Shown here in pieces: positions 27,755 through 39,180 of a stretch of 64,000 nt of DNA. The DNA lies in contig OX597831.1 of assembly GCA_951406725.2 (NCBI GenBank), positions 14,880,001-14,944,000 on the forward strand, given 5' to 3'. The DNA is from Octopus vulgaris (taxonomy: Eukaryota). Made by a program: the position numbers and the translations under genes. The notes below the pieces were generated by a model, which saw only the letters and a program-made list of their open reading frames with translations, was not told where the DNA came from and did no database searches. The stretch's first letter is position 1. Each line of letters starts with the position of its first letter.

Positions 27755-27941
27755 GTACAGTTCTATATTTGAGAGATAAGGAATTATGTACCTTATTTAC
27801 ATTTGACGGATATTTGTCCTCATCTTGTTTGTTGTTAACACAACATTTTGGCTTATATACCCTCCAGCCTTCATCAGGTGTCTTGGAGAAATCTCGAACG
27901 TGGGTTCTCATTCCTAAGGTATTTTTCGATGTTTGTTATTC

Positions 27942-28005
<64 letters not shown>

Positions 28006-28258
28006 AGAGGTCGCTGCTTAGAATCGAACTCGGAATCTTGGGGTTAGTATTCCGCGCTTTTAACCACTATGTCGTATTCCTGTGGGCAATTATGGAGTAA
28101 ATTTCTGGGCTTATAAATCTAATATTTTCCTGTCCTTCCTTAATACCGGTTCCCATAGACACCTGATGAATGCTGGAGGGTATATCAGCCGAAACGTTGT
28201 ATTAACAACAAACAAGATGAAGACAAATATCCATCAAATGTAAATAATGTAAACAATG
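27755..28258. mobile_element. Composite: two divergent hammerhead pLTR-like copies around (CTA)n and a tRNA-like segment
   Basis: Minus copy 27755-27935 (core GAAA changed to AAAA); plus copy 28158-28258; minus-strand TAGTGGTTAAAAGCGCGG..GAGTTCGATTCT at 28009-28075. Confidence 0.65.
28158..28203 (+). ncRNA. Minimal type I hammerhead ribozyme motif
   Basis: GACAC-CTGATGA-ATGCTG..CAGCC-GAAA-CG-TT-GTATT, with palindromic AACGTT stem III. Confidence 0.6.
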
Positions 28259-29309
28259 CCAAATTGCAGGTGTTGGGTTGAAATCGGAGACATTTATTTC
28301 GAAACGAAAGAAGTACACATCTAAGCTGTTGTTTGACAGCTAGAAATAACAGTCAAATCCTCCTCAAATCATATCCATTTTGGTTTAGAAATAATGTGAT
28401 GTTGATCAATGTATTATGAGATATTCTTAAAAGGATGGGCTGACCACAGGTTCGTTAGATAACAGTTCTGGGCTGTTAATCAGGCCTGACTTAGAGCCAA
28501 ACAACAACATCTTGAACAACAAGAGACATGCCTTGTAGCCAAAGAAACCGACCTCTAAGGGATCGGTAAATCTATTAGAAATGACAACGAAATCCTAAGC
28601 CCTAAACTCAGGCCTACCGATTTAAGCAAGGATGAACTTATTAGATTACGTAGTTCTAATATATTATGTTGGAAACTGAAACGGGATTGTCATGGTTGGG
28701 AGGCCTTTGGTCATTCACCATCTGAATCGAGGAAGATCTAGCATTAAACCACAGAAGCAATAACGACAGTACAAAACGTGATTTTCAGCCAAGAGAAAGC
28801 CGCCAACTGGCAAAAAAGTTAGAATATTGCTCAAACGTCTTTTCGCTCTGACGTCAAATTTCGCCCAGGTCGACTTTGCCTTTCATCCTCTTGGAATCGC
28901 TAAAATAATTAAGAGTGGAGCACTGGGGGAAGGGGGGGGGTGAGACGCAATCGACGAATCCCTCACCCCCAAATATTCAAGCTCAAAACCCTATTTTGAG
29001 CCAAACTGGGTGATCTGTAAGAGATTACCTCATCTGCTAGAAACTGCTGCCAGATTCTCAGATAACACAACTTACCGTCTTAAATAAGAACTTTCGCCTT
29101 TTATGATAAAACCTTATATAAAGTATTGCTGAAAACATGAAGTCATCAAAGCTGGAACCCCTTTGATCATAAATAAATTCGACCAGAGCATACCTGGCCA
29201 ATGCACCAACAAACTGTACTCTTCTTATAAATCCCCTACGTTGCTCTCTCATTATTCCTTAAGCTTTTTATCTTCCTTGTCATTCTTTTCCAAATCTTAA
29301 TATGTCATG

Positions 29310-29470
29310 ATTTGGCTCGATTTCTTTCAGTTTCTATCTACCAAATTCACTCACAACGATTTGGTCGGCGCGAGGCTAGAGTAGAAGACACTTGTCCAAA
29401 GTGGCACGCAGTAAGGATTGAACCCTGAACCATGTGGTTGGTAAGCAGGCAACTTACCACACAGCCACTC

Positions 29471-29473
<3 letters not shown>
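29310..29473 (-). mobile_element. Family B SINE, 5' half
   Basis: Reverse complement of the family B head. Confidence 0.75.
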
Positions 29474-29548
<75 letters not shown>

Positions 29549-29595
29549 ATATATATATATATGTATATATGTATGCATGTATTTATATTTATACA

Positions 29596-29988
29596 CTAGC
29601 AGTATCGCCCGGCGTTGCTCGGTTTGTAAGGGAAATAACTATATAAGCATTTTTAGAGAGTTATAGCCAAAAAATAGCAAAAAAATGCATTAAAAATTGA
29701 AAAAAAATTAAGGTAAATTTTTTTTTAAATCGTTGACACATCGTAGATATTTTAGAGAGTTACTTCCCTTATATAAAAGCGAAAAAATGCATTAAAATGG
29801 AAAAATATGATGGTAAATTTTTTTAAAATCGTAGACTCATCGTAGACGCGCGCTAATACCCAGAAGGGCTCGATATGAATCACGACTATAAGATACCCGC
29901 TTTTGGTTAAACTGCACCGCAAAATGTGGGAGTAGTTACGAATCTAAATCGAAGGGGACAGACACACAACTTCACTCTTATATGAAGA
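29596..29988 (-). mobile_element. Non-autonomous Helitron-type element
   Basis: Minus strand starts A|TCTTCATATAAG and ends CCGAGCAACGCCGGGCGATACTGCTAG|T: 5'-TC, subterminal GC hairpin, 3'-CTAG, A|T target. Confidence 0.75.
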
Positions 29989-30821
29989 TTATAATAAGAG
30001 ATGCTTTTTTTTTTCAGTCATAGAGTTAGATTTATGAAGGTCTTCAGTAGAAAATCCTTCGAATTCTGACTCGCTGCTTGATATAATGAAATTCGTATCC
30101 ATTTTTTGTCAGAATTACAAATTTTGAAAACACAATAGGAACAAATTTCGGAAAAAAATCTCCCATAATTCACGGAATTAAACTTACACTTCGATTTTTG
30201 TACAAAACTGTATTTGAAGTGTTTACGAAGTATAATACGTGTTTTCACGAATGCACTAAAGAGATTTACTCTGATATTCTCATTTAAATATGAATAGGTA
30301 AATTTGGGCGGTTTGGTAACGAAAGGGTTTATATAAGTGTCGTCTGTTTATACATAAACACTGTTTCATACTTTCAGTTTAGTCTTCCTCAAATCACTCT
30401 GTCGCTAATTTACTCTCTTCCAAGAACATTTTCACCCACTCTTATCTGTTAGCTTCCCATACATTTTACTCATGTATCTATCAGCGTGATAGACAGAAAC
30501 AAATATATTACATCTAGTTTCACTTTATTCGTTGCCCACTGTGTGTGTGCGTTTGCGTGTGCTGTAAACCAGACTAAGAAAAGCATTTGACATACACACC
30601 AGAATGTGAGTTTTCTGTAAATTTTGCTTAATTGGAGTTTAAATTTAAAAAACTGGACCTGGCATGACCCGATGCATTCTACTCTTAAAAATGCTAGGTA
30701 AATTGTAATTGAAGAAATCCTATATTGTAGATTTCTATAACTCCCAAAGGGAGGCAGATAAAATCTGCCTTTTATAATAAGAGATACATACGTATATATA
30801 TACATACATACATACATACAT

Positions 30822-32113
30822 GACCTTATAATAGAAGGACTTAGATTCATTTTAGAGAACAATTATTTTATTTTTGACAATGATTTCTACAGGCAAAGAT
30901 CGGGAACAGCGATGGGCACGCGTACTGCACCATCTTTTGCCAACCTAGTGATGGGATACCTCGAGAAAATACTATACCGGATGGCACTCGAGAAATATGG
31001 AAACACCTTCGCCACCTATATCCATAACAACTGGAAAAGATACCTCGATGACTGTTTCATCATCTGGGACAAAGGTATAGAGAAATTTGAGGAATTTAAA
31101 ATACTATTAAATGGAATAAATGACAATATACAATTCACGATGGACCACAACGAAAAAGAATTACCATTTTTAGACATCCTCATTAAGAAAACCGGCAACA
31201 AAATAGAGACAGATATCTACTATAAACCGACAGACTCTAAACAGTACCTACCCTTTGATTCATGCCACCCACGACACACTAGAATGAATGTCCCTTTTTG
31301 TTTAGCTAGAAGGATTTGCACCATAATATCAGACACAAACACCCGACACACACGTCTCCAGGAACTTAGAACCACACTCACAAATAGAAACTATCCACAG
31401 CCCCTAATAGACAGTGCAATCCAACGGGTACTTAAATTAAGTATAGAAGACCTGAGACAAACAAAACCAAAAAAGAAAGAACAATTAAAAACCCTTCCCT
31501 ACATTTCTACACACAACCCACTCAACAATGAGGCCTTCAACACCATACTACAAAGCACAGCCCTACTAAAGGGAGACCCAAAGATGAACCGGATCCTCGA
31601 AACGCACACCATCATTAAAAGTAACGGCAACCAAAATCCTTGAAAAGGATTTTAACCCAAGCTACACTGCACTCAACATCAACCACAAAACCAGCAGTTA
31701 GAAAATGTGGAAGGCCCAACTGCGGAATCTGTGTCATCTTGAAAGAAGGATCAGAATTTATACTGGAACAAGGCCACCAGTTCACCATTAGAACAAACTT
31801 CACCTGCGCATCAGAAAACTTAATTTACGTCATAACATGCGCAGGCTGCAATAGGCAGTATATAGGCCATACAAAAAATAGCTTACGTAACAGGATGGCG
31901 GTGCATAAATCACAAATTAGAAACCCTGATTACCGCAAAATACCGGTCAGCGGACACATAGATAGATGTGCTGGAAATGTAAATCCGAAATTTACAACTA
32001 ACCCGCTCTATAAATTCAGTGACAACGCAACCTTCACACAACGCCAAAATAAAGAACTATATTTCATAAAAAAATTTAGACCAAGTTTAAACACCCTGGG
32101 CCAGGAATACTAA
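30822..32113 (+). pseudogene. PLE reverse transcriptase plus GIY-YIG endonuclease, one frameshift at ~31625
   Basis: ILENNYFIF..YRQRSGTAMGTRTAPSFANL, WKRYLDDCF, LPFLDI, YYKPTDSKQYL..SCHP, linker CGRPNCGIC, NLIYVITCAGCNRQYIGHT..RMAVH..SGH. Restoring one base at about 31625 gives IIKSxRQPKSLKRILT and joins the two listed ORFs. Confidence 0.92.
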
Positions 32114-32274
32114 AACAAAAGATAAGTCCTCCGAAAAGGAGAAGCAAAATTCCACCACGACCGCTACTTCAAACAGACACTCACTCTGACGGAAATATAC
32201 CTAAGTAAAAAAGCGAAAAAATTCTTTCGTGCAAATCTGACCCTGATACATACGATACAGCTAAGGGTCAGACC

Positions 32275-32745
32275 CGATTCTGATTGGTCAACAAGTTGAT
32301 GACGTCTAGCACAGCTAGAATGGACAGGATACAAACAGGGGACAGTCATTAGTCAGAATATTGATGACGTCCTTTTCTGCTTGAATAGTCACCTAACAAG
32401 TACAGACAGGGGGCAGATCTAATGTAACTATAAGTCGTGATTGGGCAGAATCTGCATGACGTCCCGTTCTGCTTGACTAACGAAGCGACTGGTCAGGACA
32501 GGAAACAAACAAGAGGCAGTTATAATGCAGCGATTGGTCAAAATAATGATGACGTCCCGTTCTACTTGACTAACGAAGCGACTGGTCAAAACAGGAAAAC
32601 AAAGAGGCAGTTATAATGCAGCGATTGGTCAAAATAATGATGACGTCCCGTTCTACTTGACTAAAGCCACCTAACGAAATGATTGGTCAAAACGTTGATG
32701 ACGTCACGCTACGCTGAATTGACCACCTAACAGGCATTATAAAAC
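32275..32745 (+). promoter_or_regulatory. Tandem ~60-90-bp repeats with inverted CCAAT and CRE-like sites, then a TATA box (putative PLE promoter)
   Basis: GATTGGTCA..GATGACGTC recurs about six times. A full TGACGTCA is at about 32699 and TATAAAA at about 32738. Confidence 0.5.
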
Positions 32746-33194
32746 CGAACACTTCACAAAAACTCATTAGAACCACCCAGCGAACATCCACCATGGGTCA
32801 TCACATTTGCTTAAGGTAAAAATGAATTCCTCGCTCTTTCGGAAACATCAATCTTCTGTATTGACCGCTTTCCACCACTTTGATCTGTTTTTTGTATTGA
32901 ATACGTATCGCCACACCGTGGGCCACTGCATCGAACACTTTGAACATATACTTCAAACTATATATCAACTATACATGAACTATATATCAACTATACATGA
33001 ACTCTAAGATGTCTGACTCCGTTGTGTATTATAAATGAATTTCTTGTGTTTGACGGCATGAGCTGTCTTTTTTTATATATAACTTTTTTTGATAAAGTTC
33101 ATTTCAGGAACTGAAACATGTTATAATGTATATATACAAAAATTTTATATATAAAAATTTACAAATATATACCTACTCGTATACGAGCTAATCC

Positions 33195-33266
<72 letters not shown>

Positions 33267-33358
33267 CATCAGGGTAGGAACATTTTTGGAAATTTTTACC
33301 ACCGTGGCCTTGCGTGTAGAACAACTAGTCAAAATACTATATATTATTCATATAAATA

Positions 33359-33697
33359 CAGTGTACATTTAAACGCATAACATATGGCCATATTAGGACA
33401 TCTAACACGATAGAAAGAGTAGTCAAAACCCAAACCACTATTAAGGGTAATTTCGAAGTGAATAAAAAAACTTTCTCCTGAATCATGGTATCAAACTTGG
33501 CGCTCCTGCTGATGAGAACTTCGCCTGGTAAATTACATTTTCTAAATAGAGTTTGAAACCATGGTCCATGAGAAAGACGATAAATGTTTTTATTTGTCAT
33601 TGCCTTCGATATTACCTCTAATAGTAGTTTGTATTTTCACTACTAGCGTGTCAGATGTCCTATGCTGGCCATCAATTAGGTGTTTAAATGCACACTC
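33359..33697. mobile_element. Tc1/mariner-type MITE with long imperfect TIRs
   Basis: TA-CAGTGTACATTTAAAC..GGCCA..AGGACATCT pairs with AGATGTCCT..TGGCC..GTTTAAATGCACACT. A short relative is at 40383-40468. Confidence 0.6.
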
Positions 33698-33730
33698 TCT
33701 GAATATATAATATGTATATGTATATGTATG

Positions 33731-34098
<368 letters not shown>

Positions 34099-34116
34099 CA
34101 TACTTATGTATATATG

Positions 34117-34219
<103 letters not shown>

Positions 34220-34240
34220 GTATATATGTATATATCTATG

Positions 34241-34271
<31 letters not shown>

Positions 34272-34595
34272 GTGGATTAACTGTTGAACTGGACGGACGT
34301 CTATTTGTTTCTCTCCCGAGTCAGTAGCAAGCTACACAGCTTCAAAACTAACTGACCTTAAATATATATATATTTGTAACCACGTGTTTGCCTACAAACC
34401 CGTAAGTACGTTTTCATTTAACTACAAATTGTTATATACACCTGTTTTTCTTTTAATATCCTCAAACAACCAAATAATCAAAAACTCACACCCTTAAGAG
34501 AGAACATTTATATATATATACACTTCTTTAACTCCCAAGAAAGAATATATATATTTTCAAAAATCAAAAGGAAAACAAACAAAAGAAAAACAAAC

Positions 34596-35717
34596 ATGAC
34601 TAACTTGCAGGCCTGCAACAGACGAAATTGGTCTGATAACGAAATTGATGTTTTAATAAACACATGGCTCTCTCTTTCCCAAACAGAAAATCTAAATGTC
34701 TTGTGTTTGAATGAGATTGCCGAAAAAACATCACAAGTGGTCAACACACGATCCATCAAACAGATTCGTAGCAAGTTGAAACATATCGAAGTATCTTTCA
34801 AACTGATAAGAGGCCATTATGAAAAGCTTCTACATATTTTCACAGTTCAAGAACAACAACAGCTAGAAAATCAGCAGCCACAACAACAACAACAACAGAA
34901 TGAGCCACTCCTGGTTCCCAACACAATGGCTGACCCTGACATCGGTCAGGCACAACAACAACAACAACAGCCACAGCAACAAGAACAACAACAGCCACTC
35001 CTCAACTCTAGCTTACTAGACGATTCACTAAATGCCAGTATCTTTTCACCGCTCTCACAGCAACCACCACAATTATCATCATCATCATCACCACCGCTGC
35101 CACCATCGTCTTCTATCACCAAAAATACCAACAGAAAACCAAATAAGAAACCACTGCCCTCTTCCCCCACATCACCACCTCAATACTACTGCAGTAACAA
35201 AAACTTAAAGAAACATAGGAAGCAGAATGCGCCCCCCACGGCACAAACAAGAAATCCCCAAATATGCCGCTATTCACTGCGCCAGAGACTCTGCACAAAT
35301 AGTGACTGCATCTTCACGCATCTACCTGGCACTAGACGCACTACTGGCCAAGGCCAAAGCACGCATCCCACAATAACATCAACACCACCAAATAGTAAAT
35401 CGAAATTCAAAACACACACAACTCGGAGTCCCAAAATCTGCCGGTATTCCCAACGTGAGAGAACATGTCTACTGAGTGACTGTCCCTTCACTCATCTTCC
35501 AGGGACCCGACGCACAAACAGAAACGGGGCCTCAAGCCAACACACAAACCTGAATAACAATAAAAATAGAAACACACCATGCTGCAGTAATGCTGGTCCA
35601 GTCTTTTCAGGAAGACACAAAAACAACAACAACAAAAGTGGAAACTACAACCCTATCCAACAGTGCAACCACACCTCCAGCCAAAAACTGCTCCCTAAGC
35701 AGGAAAATTCTTTTTAG
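34596..35717 (+). CDS. LINE ORF1: Myb/SANT-like N-terminus, polyQ, two CCCH zinc fingers
   Basis: WSDNEIDVLINTW..IAEK..RSIKQIRSKLKHI (trihelix-like spacing); CRYSLRQRLCTNSDCIFTHLPGT and CRYSQRERTCLLSDCPFTHLPGT. Confidence 0.8.
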   Translation: MTNLQACNRRNWSDNEIDVLINTWLSLSQTENLNVLCLNEIAEKTSQVVNTRSIKQIRSKLKHIEVSFKLIRGHYEKLLHIFTVQEQQQLENQQPQQQQQQNEPLLVPNTMADPDIGQAQQQQQQPQQQEQQQPLLNSSLLDDSLNASIFSPLSQQPPQLSSSSSPPLPPSSSITKNTNRKPNKKPLPSSPTSPPQYYCSNKNLKKHRKQNAPPTAQTRNPQICRYSLRQRLCTNSDCIFTHLPGTRRTTGQGQSTHPTITSTPPNSKSKFKTHTTRSPKICRYSQRERTCLLSDCPFTHLPGTRRTNRNGASSQHTNLNNNKNRNTPCCSNAGPVFSGRHKNNNNKSGNYNPIQQCNHTSSQKLLPKQENSF

Positions 35718-38700
35718 CCATGTTGAACATGGCAAAAGAGATACACAAAAACATTCTAGCCATCACTCAACACCATCCTATGCTATTACCCCAGTGCACC
35801 AATTCCCCACATTGCTGCCACTAACACACACAAAAAATCCAAGCCCCCTGCAACAGTCAAAACCAGCCACTACACTAACCTCCACATTCCTACTCAATGC
35901 ACAAGGTGTCAGCCCTTCCATCAATGCACAAAAATGGAAGGTCCAATTCATGGAAGACTGGGTTGGTAACCATTCACACCACATCCCTTTCTTCATTCTC
36001 ACTGAGACCCACCTTGACAACTCCCACTTGGAAGCCGAAGTGAGAGTGAAGAATTTCACAACCATCCGCGCGGATCGTATCGGCAGGAGGAAGGGTGGAA
36101 CTGCCATTTTCCTGCATGATTCATTTACGGCAGATGGAAATAGTATATTCTCCAACGGCTACTGTGAATCAGTCACTGTGCACAACAAAGCCAATGATCT
36201 GACAGTAATTGGGCTCTATAGGCCGCCCCAAACACCCATACTGTGCTTTAAAGAATGCCTCAACAGCATTAAGTGCTTTATTCAACAGTGCCATTCTAGC
36301 AACATACTCATGATGGGAGACTTCAATCTACCCTGTGTTGACTGGACTACAAACTGTTTGAAACCAAGCACTCCCGCCTCAACCGCTGACAAAGAAGCAG
36401 CAGAGTCACTTTTCGACTTTACGAATGAGTTTTTCTTGTCCCAACTTGTCCTTGCACCAACAAGACATCAGAACATTTTGGACCTAGTGTTTAGTAACCA
36501 CACTAACACTATACATAACGTTACAGTGGAAAAAACCCTTCTTTCAGACCATGACATGGTTCTCTGTAACATGAAATTCCACCAGCCGAAAGCTAATCCT
36601 AGTGACCTTCCTCCAGCCCACCCATTTGACAACATGGATCTCCATAAAGCCAACTGGGATGCAATCAGGAACGAGCTATCAAATGTTGACTGGTCCTTTA
36701 CACATACACACATCTCCACCAACCATAAAACATCTTGGCAGATCTTTGTAGACACCGTCACAGACATATGTGCAAAACACTCCCCACCAAGACCTGTGAA
36801 CAAAAAGTGCAGAATCCCCAAAACAGAAAAACCATTATCAGAAAAAATAAAAAGAACAAACAAAAAAATTAACAAACTAAAGTACTGCCAACAGCAACAC
36901 ACACATTCAACGGCTATCGCACTGCTTGAATCCAAAAAATATAACCTCCAACAATGCATGAAGTCCCTCATCAATAACCAAAGATCAGCTGAGGAGAAGT
37001 GGGCCATTGAAAAAATCAAACTCAACCCCAAAGTGTTCTTTTCATTTGCGAGGAAACGCAGGGTCACTGTCTCCACTGTAGGCCCTCTAATTGACGAAAC
37101 TGGCACTCTCCAAGATAATGCCAAATCCATGGCCGAGATACTGCAGAAACAATACTGCTCTGTTTTCAGCAATCCTGATATGGCCGATCTGGGCTGTATC
37201 AGTGATGTCAACCCCCAACACACTATATCGGACATAACGTTTAGTGCCCCTGATGTCTTAGCGGCGATAAACGAAATAAAACACAATTCAGCAGTAGGCC
37301 CCGATAGGTTCCCTGCTTGTGTCCTGAAGGTGTGTCGACATCAACTTGCATCTCCCCTTGCTAATCTGTGGAGAAACTCACTGGATGCTGGCTATATTCC
37401 AAAAAACCTTCTGTCCCAGTCTGTTGTCCCAGTTTTCAAAAAGGGAAACAAGTCCCTTGCAGTGAATTACCGTCCGATCTCACTCACCTCTCATATCATC
37501 AAGGTATTTGAGAGGGTGGTGAGATCTCAAATAACCCAATTTCTGGAAAGCAACAGACGGCTGATCTCCAACCAACATGGGTTCCGTAATGGAAGGGACT
37601 GCCTAACGCAGCTCCTGCATCACTTTGAGGACATTTTGAGAGCTTTGGGAGAGGGCTCCAACACCGATGTCATCTACCTTGATTTCAGTAAGGCCTTCGA
37701 CAGGGTCGATCACAAGATCCTATTGAAAAAACTATCCAACATTGGTGTCTCTGGAAAGTTACTGAAATGGATTAAGTGTTTCCTGACAGACAGATCTCAA
37801 CATGTTGTAGTTGAAGGGGTAAAATCAAGCCCAGCCAAAGTCAGTAGTGGCGTTCCGCAAGGCACTGTGCTGGGCCCACTTCTTTTCATCATTTACATTA
37901 ATGACATTAATGACATCATCAAGCACAGCAACATAAAAATCTTTGCAGATGACTCCAAGCTACAGAAGGTCATAAATGAGGCGAGTGACCGGACTTGCCT
38001 TCAGTCAGATCTACTGGCTGTTATCCAATGGGCAGAAAAAAACAATATGCTGCTGAACGAGGATAAATTTGAGCTAATCCTCTTTGGAAAAGAGGATGCC
38101 CTGAAACTCCCATACTCCCTTCCTTCAGGTGAAACTCTCGCGGCGTCCAACAACATCAGAGACTTGGGAGTAATTGTGGACAACAACGTAAGCTGGGCCA
38201 CTCATATAAACACCAAAGTTGACATGGCCCGCAGAATGTGTTCCTGGATTCTCAGAACTTTCCAGTCGAGAGATATCCACACCATTATCCTTCTCTTCTC
38301 CACTTTTGCCCGACCCCACCTTGAATACTGTTGTCCACTGTGGTCTCCACACACAATACAAGGTATCATAAAAGTCGAAGCACCTCAAAGGGCAATCACA
38401 AAAAAGATAGATGGCATGACAGGCCTCGACTATTGGGGTCGACTAGAAAAGCTAAAACTCTATTCTCTCCAACGTCGTCGTGAGCGCTACATCATCTGCA
38501 TGATGTGGAAAATATTCCATCAGCATTGCCCAAATGATGTTGGCATCACCTTTAAGGTACATCCAAGGCTTGGGCCCCGTGCCATCCGCCCAAAACAAAA
38601 ATCGCACTCTCATCTCATAACAACAATACGGCACAATTATTTCACCTCAATTGGCCCCGCTCTCTTTAACATTACACCAAAACACATTAAAACAGAAACT

Positions 38701-38829
38701 GACCCTATAGGGTTCAAGAAGTCTTTGGACAGATTCCTTCAAGAAATCCCGGATAAACCCCCTACACCCGGATATGTCTCTGTAAACAATAACTCTCTAC
38801 TTGAGTGGGCCATAGTGCCCAAATTCTGA
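35590..38829 (+). CDS. LINE ORF2: apurinic-like endonuclease plus reverse transcriptase (1079 aa)
   Basis: APE motifs: LNAQG, LTETHL, LYRPP, GDFNLP, ILDLVF, SDH. RT motifs: PVFKKG, NYRPISLTS, QHGFR, YLDFSKAFDRVDH, GVPQGTVLGPLLF, FADDSK, DLGV, RPHLEYCCPLWSP. No stop codons. Confidence 0.96.
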   Translation: MLVQSFQEDTKTTTTKVETTTLSNSATTPPAKNCSLSRKILFSHVEHGKRDTQKHSSHHSTPSYAITPVHQFPTLLPLTHTKNPSPLQQSKPATTLTSTFLLNAQGVSPSINAQKWKVQFMEDWVGNHSHHIPFFILTETHLDNSHLEAEVRVKNFTTIRADRIGRRKGGTAIFLHDSFTADGNSIFSNGYCESVTVHNKANDLTVIGLYRPPQTPILCFKECLNSIKCFIQQCHSSNILMMGDFNLPCVDWTTNCLKPSTPASTADKEAAESLFDFTNEFFLSQLVLAPTRHQNILDLVFSNHTNTIHNVTVEKTLLSDHDMVLCNMKFHQPKANPSDLPPAHPFDNMDLHKANWDAIRNELSNVDWSFTHTHISTNHKTSWQIFVDTVTDICAKHSPPRPVNKKCRIPKTEKPLSEKIKRTNKKINKLKYCQQQHTHSTAIALLESKKYNLQQCMKSLINNQRSAEEKWAIEKIKLNPKVFFSFARKRRVTVSTVGPLIDETGTLQDNAKSMAEILQKQYCSVFSNPDMADLGCISDVNPQHTISDITFSAPDVLAAINEIKHNSAVGPDRFPACVLKVCRHQLASPLANLWRNSLDAGYIPKNLLSQSVVPVFKKGNKSLAVNYRPISLTSHIIKVFERVVRSQITQFLESNRRLISNQHGFRNGRDCLTQLLHHFEDILRALGEGSNTDVIYLDFSKAFDRVDHKILLKKLSNIGVSGKLLKWIKCFLTDRSQHVVVEGVKSSPAKVSSGVPQGTVLGPLLFIIYINDINDIIKHSNIKIFADDSKLQKVINEASDRTCLQSDLLAVIQWAEKNNMLLNEDKFELILFGKEDALKLPYSLPSGETLAASNNIRDLGVIVDNNVSWATHINTKVDMARRMCSWILRTFQSRDIHTIILLFSTFARPHLEYCCPLWSPHTIQGIIKVEAPQRAITKKIDGMTGLDYWGRLEKLKLYSLQRRRERYIICMMWKIFHQHCPNDVGITFKVHPRLGPRAIRPKQKSHSHLITTIRHNYFTSIGPALFNITPKHIKTETDPIGFKKSLDRFLQEIPDKPPTPGYVSVNNNSLLEWAIVPKF

Positions 38830-39119
38830 CTTGAAAGACTTCACCAGGTGGTGCTATTAAGTTAGACATGGCCTGGGCCAATAATGGCCGAAACCTATCA
38901 AAGTATCAAAGTATCAAAGTATATATATATATATCTTATATGCAGGGTAAATTAGAAAATCTCTATAAGAGATGAAAGTAGTAGATATACTGGGAAGTAA
39001 TGTTTATCACCATTATCAATATGGCTGGTGCATAAGAAGCGATGTTATTAAGAATTTGAAACTTTGGAGGCGTCTCATCCAACTGAATATCGGTGCAATC
39101 TGCACCATTCCATCTTCTA

Positions 39120-39180
<61 letters not shown>

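Larger units (their letters stand above)
30822..33195 (+). mobile_element. Penelope-like retroelement (CCHH GIY-YIG type; Naiad- or Neptune-like), 5'-truncated, with 3' pLTR region
   Basis: RT and endonuclease motifs, then about 1.1 kb of non-coding tail ending at (TA)n. The 5' end abuts (TACA)n. Confidence 0.9.
34272..38921 (+). mobile_element. Full-length CR1-like LINE with both ORFs open
   Basis: 5' UTR, ORF1, ORF2, a 3' stem-loop GGCCA-ATAA-TGGCC and a (TATCAAAG)x3 tail. TA-rich repeats on both flanks. Confidence 0.92.

Noticed and set aside
32275-32720. CRISPR-like repeat array
   Set aside because: The intervening segments are also repeated, the context is eukaryotic and there are no cas genes. 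It is a tandem repeat.
30822-33195. Selenoprotein-type PLE (in-frame UGA plus SECIS, known in some Naiads)
   Set aside because: No in-frame TGA in the retained ORF, cysteines are TGY, and no convincing SECIS was seen.
36815-36850. Possible compensating indels in A-runs of ORF2 (KTEKPLSEK vs KNRKTIIRK)
   Set aside because: Cannot be decided without other copies or reads; the frame stays open either way.
36468-37286. 272-aa antisense ORF (also 35778-36155)
   Set aside because: Shadow frames of LINE ORF2.
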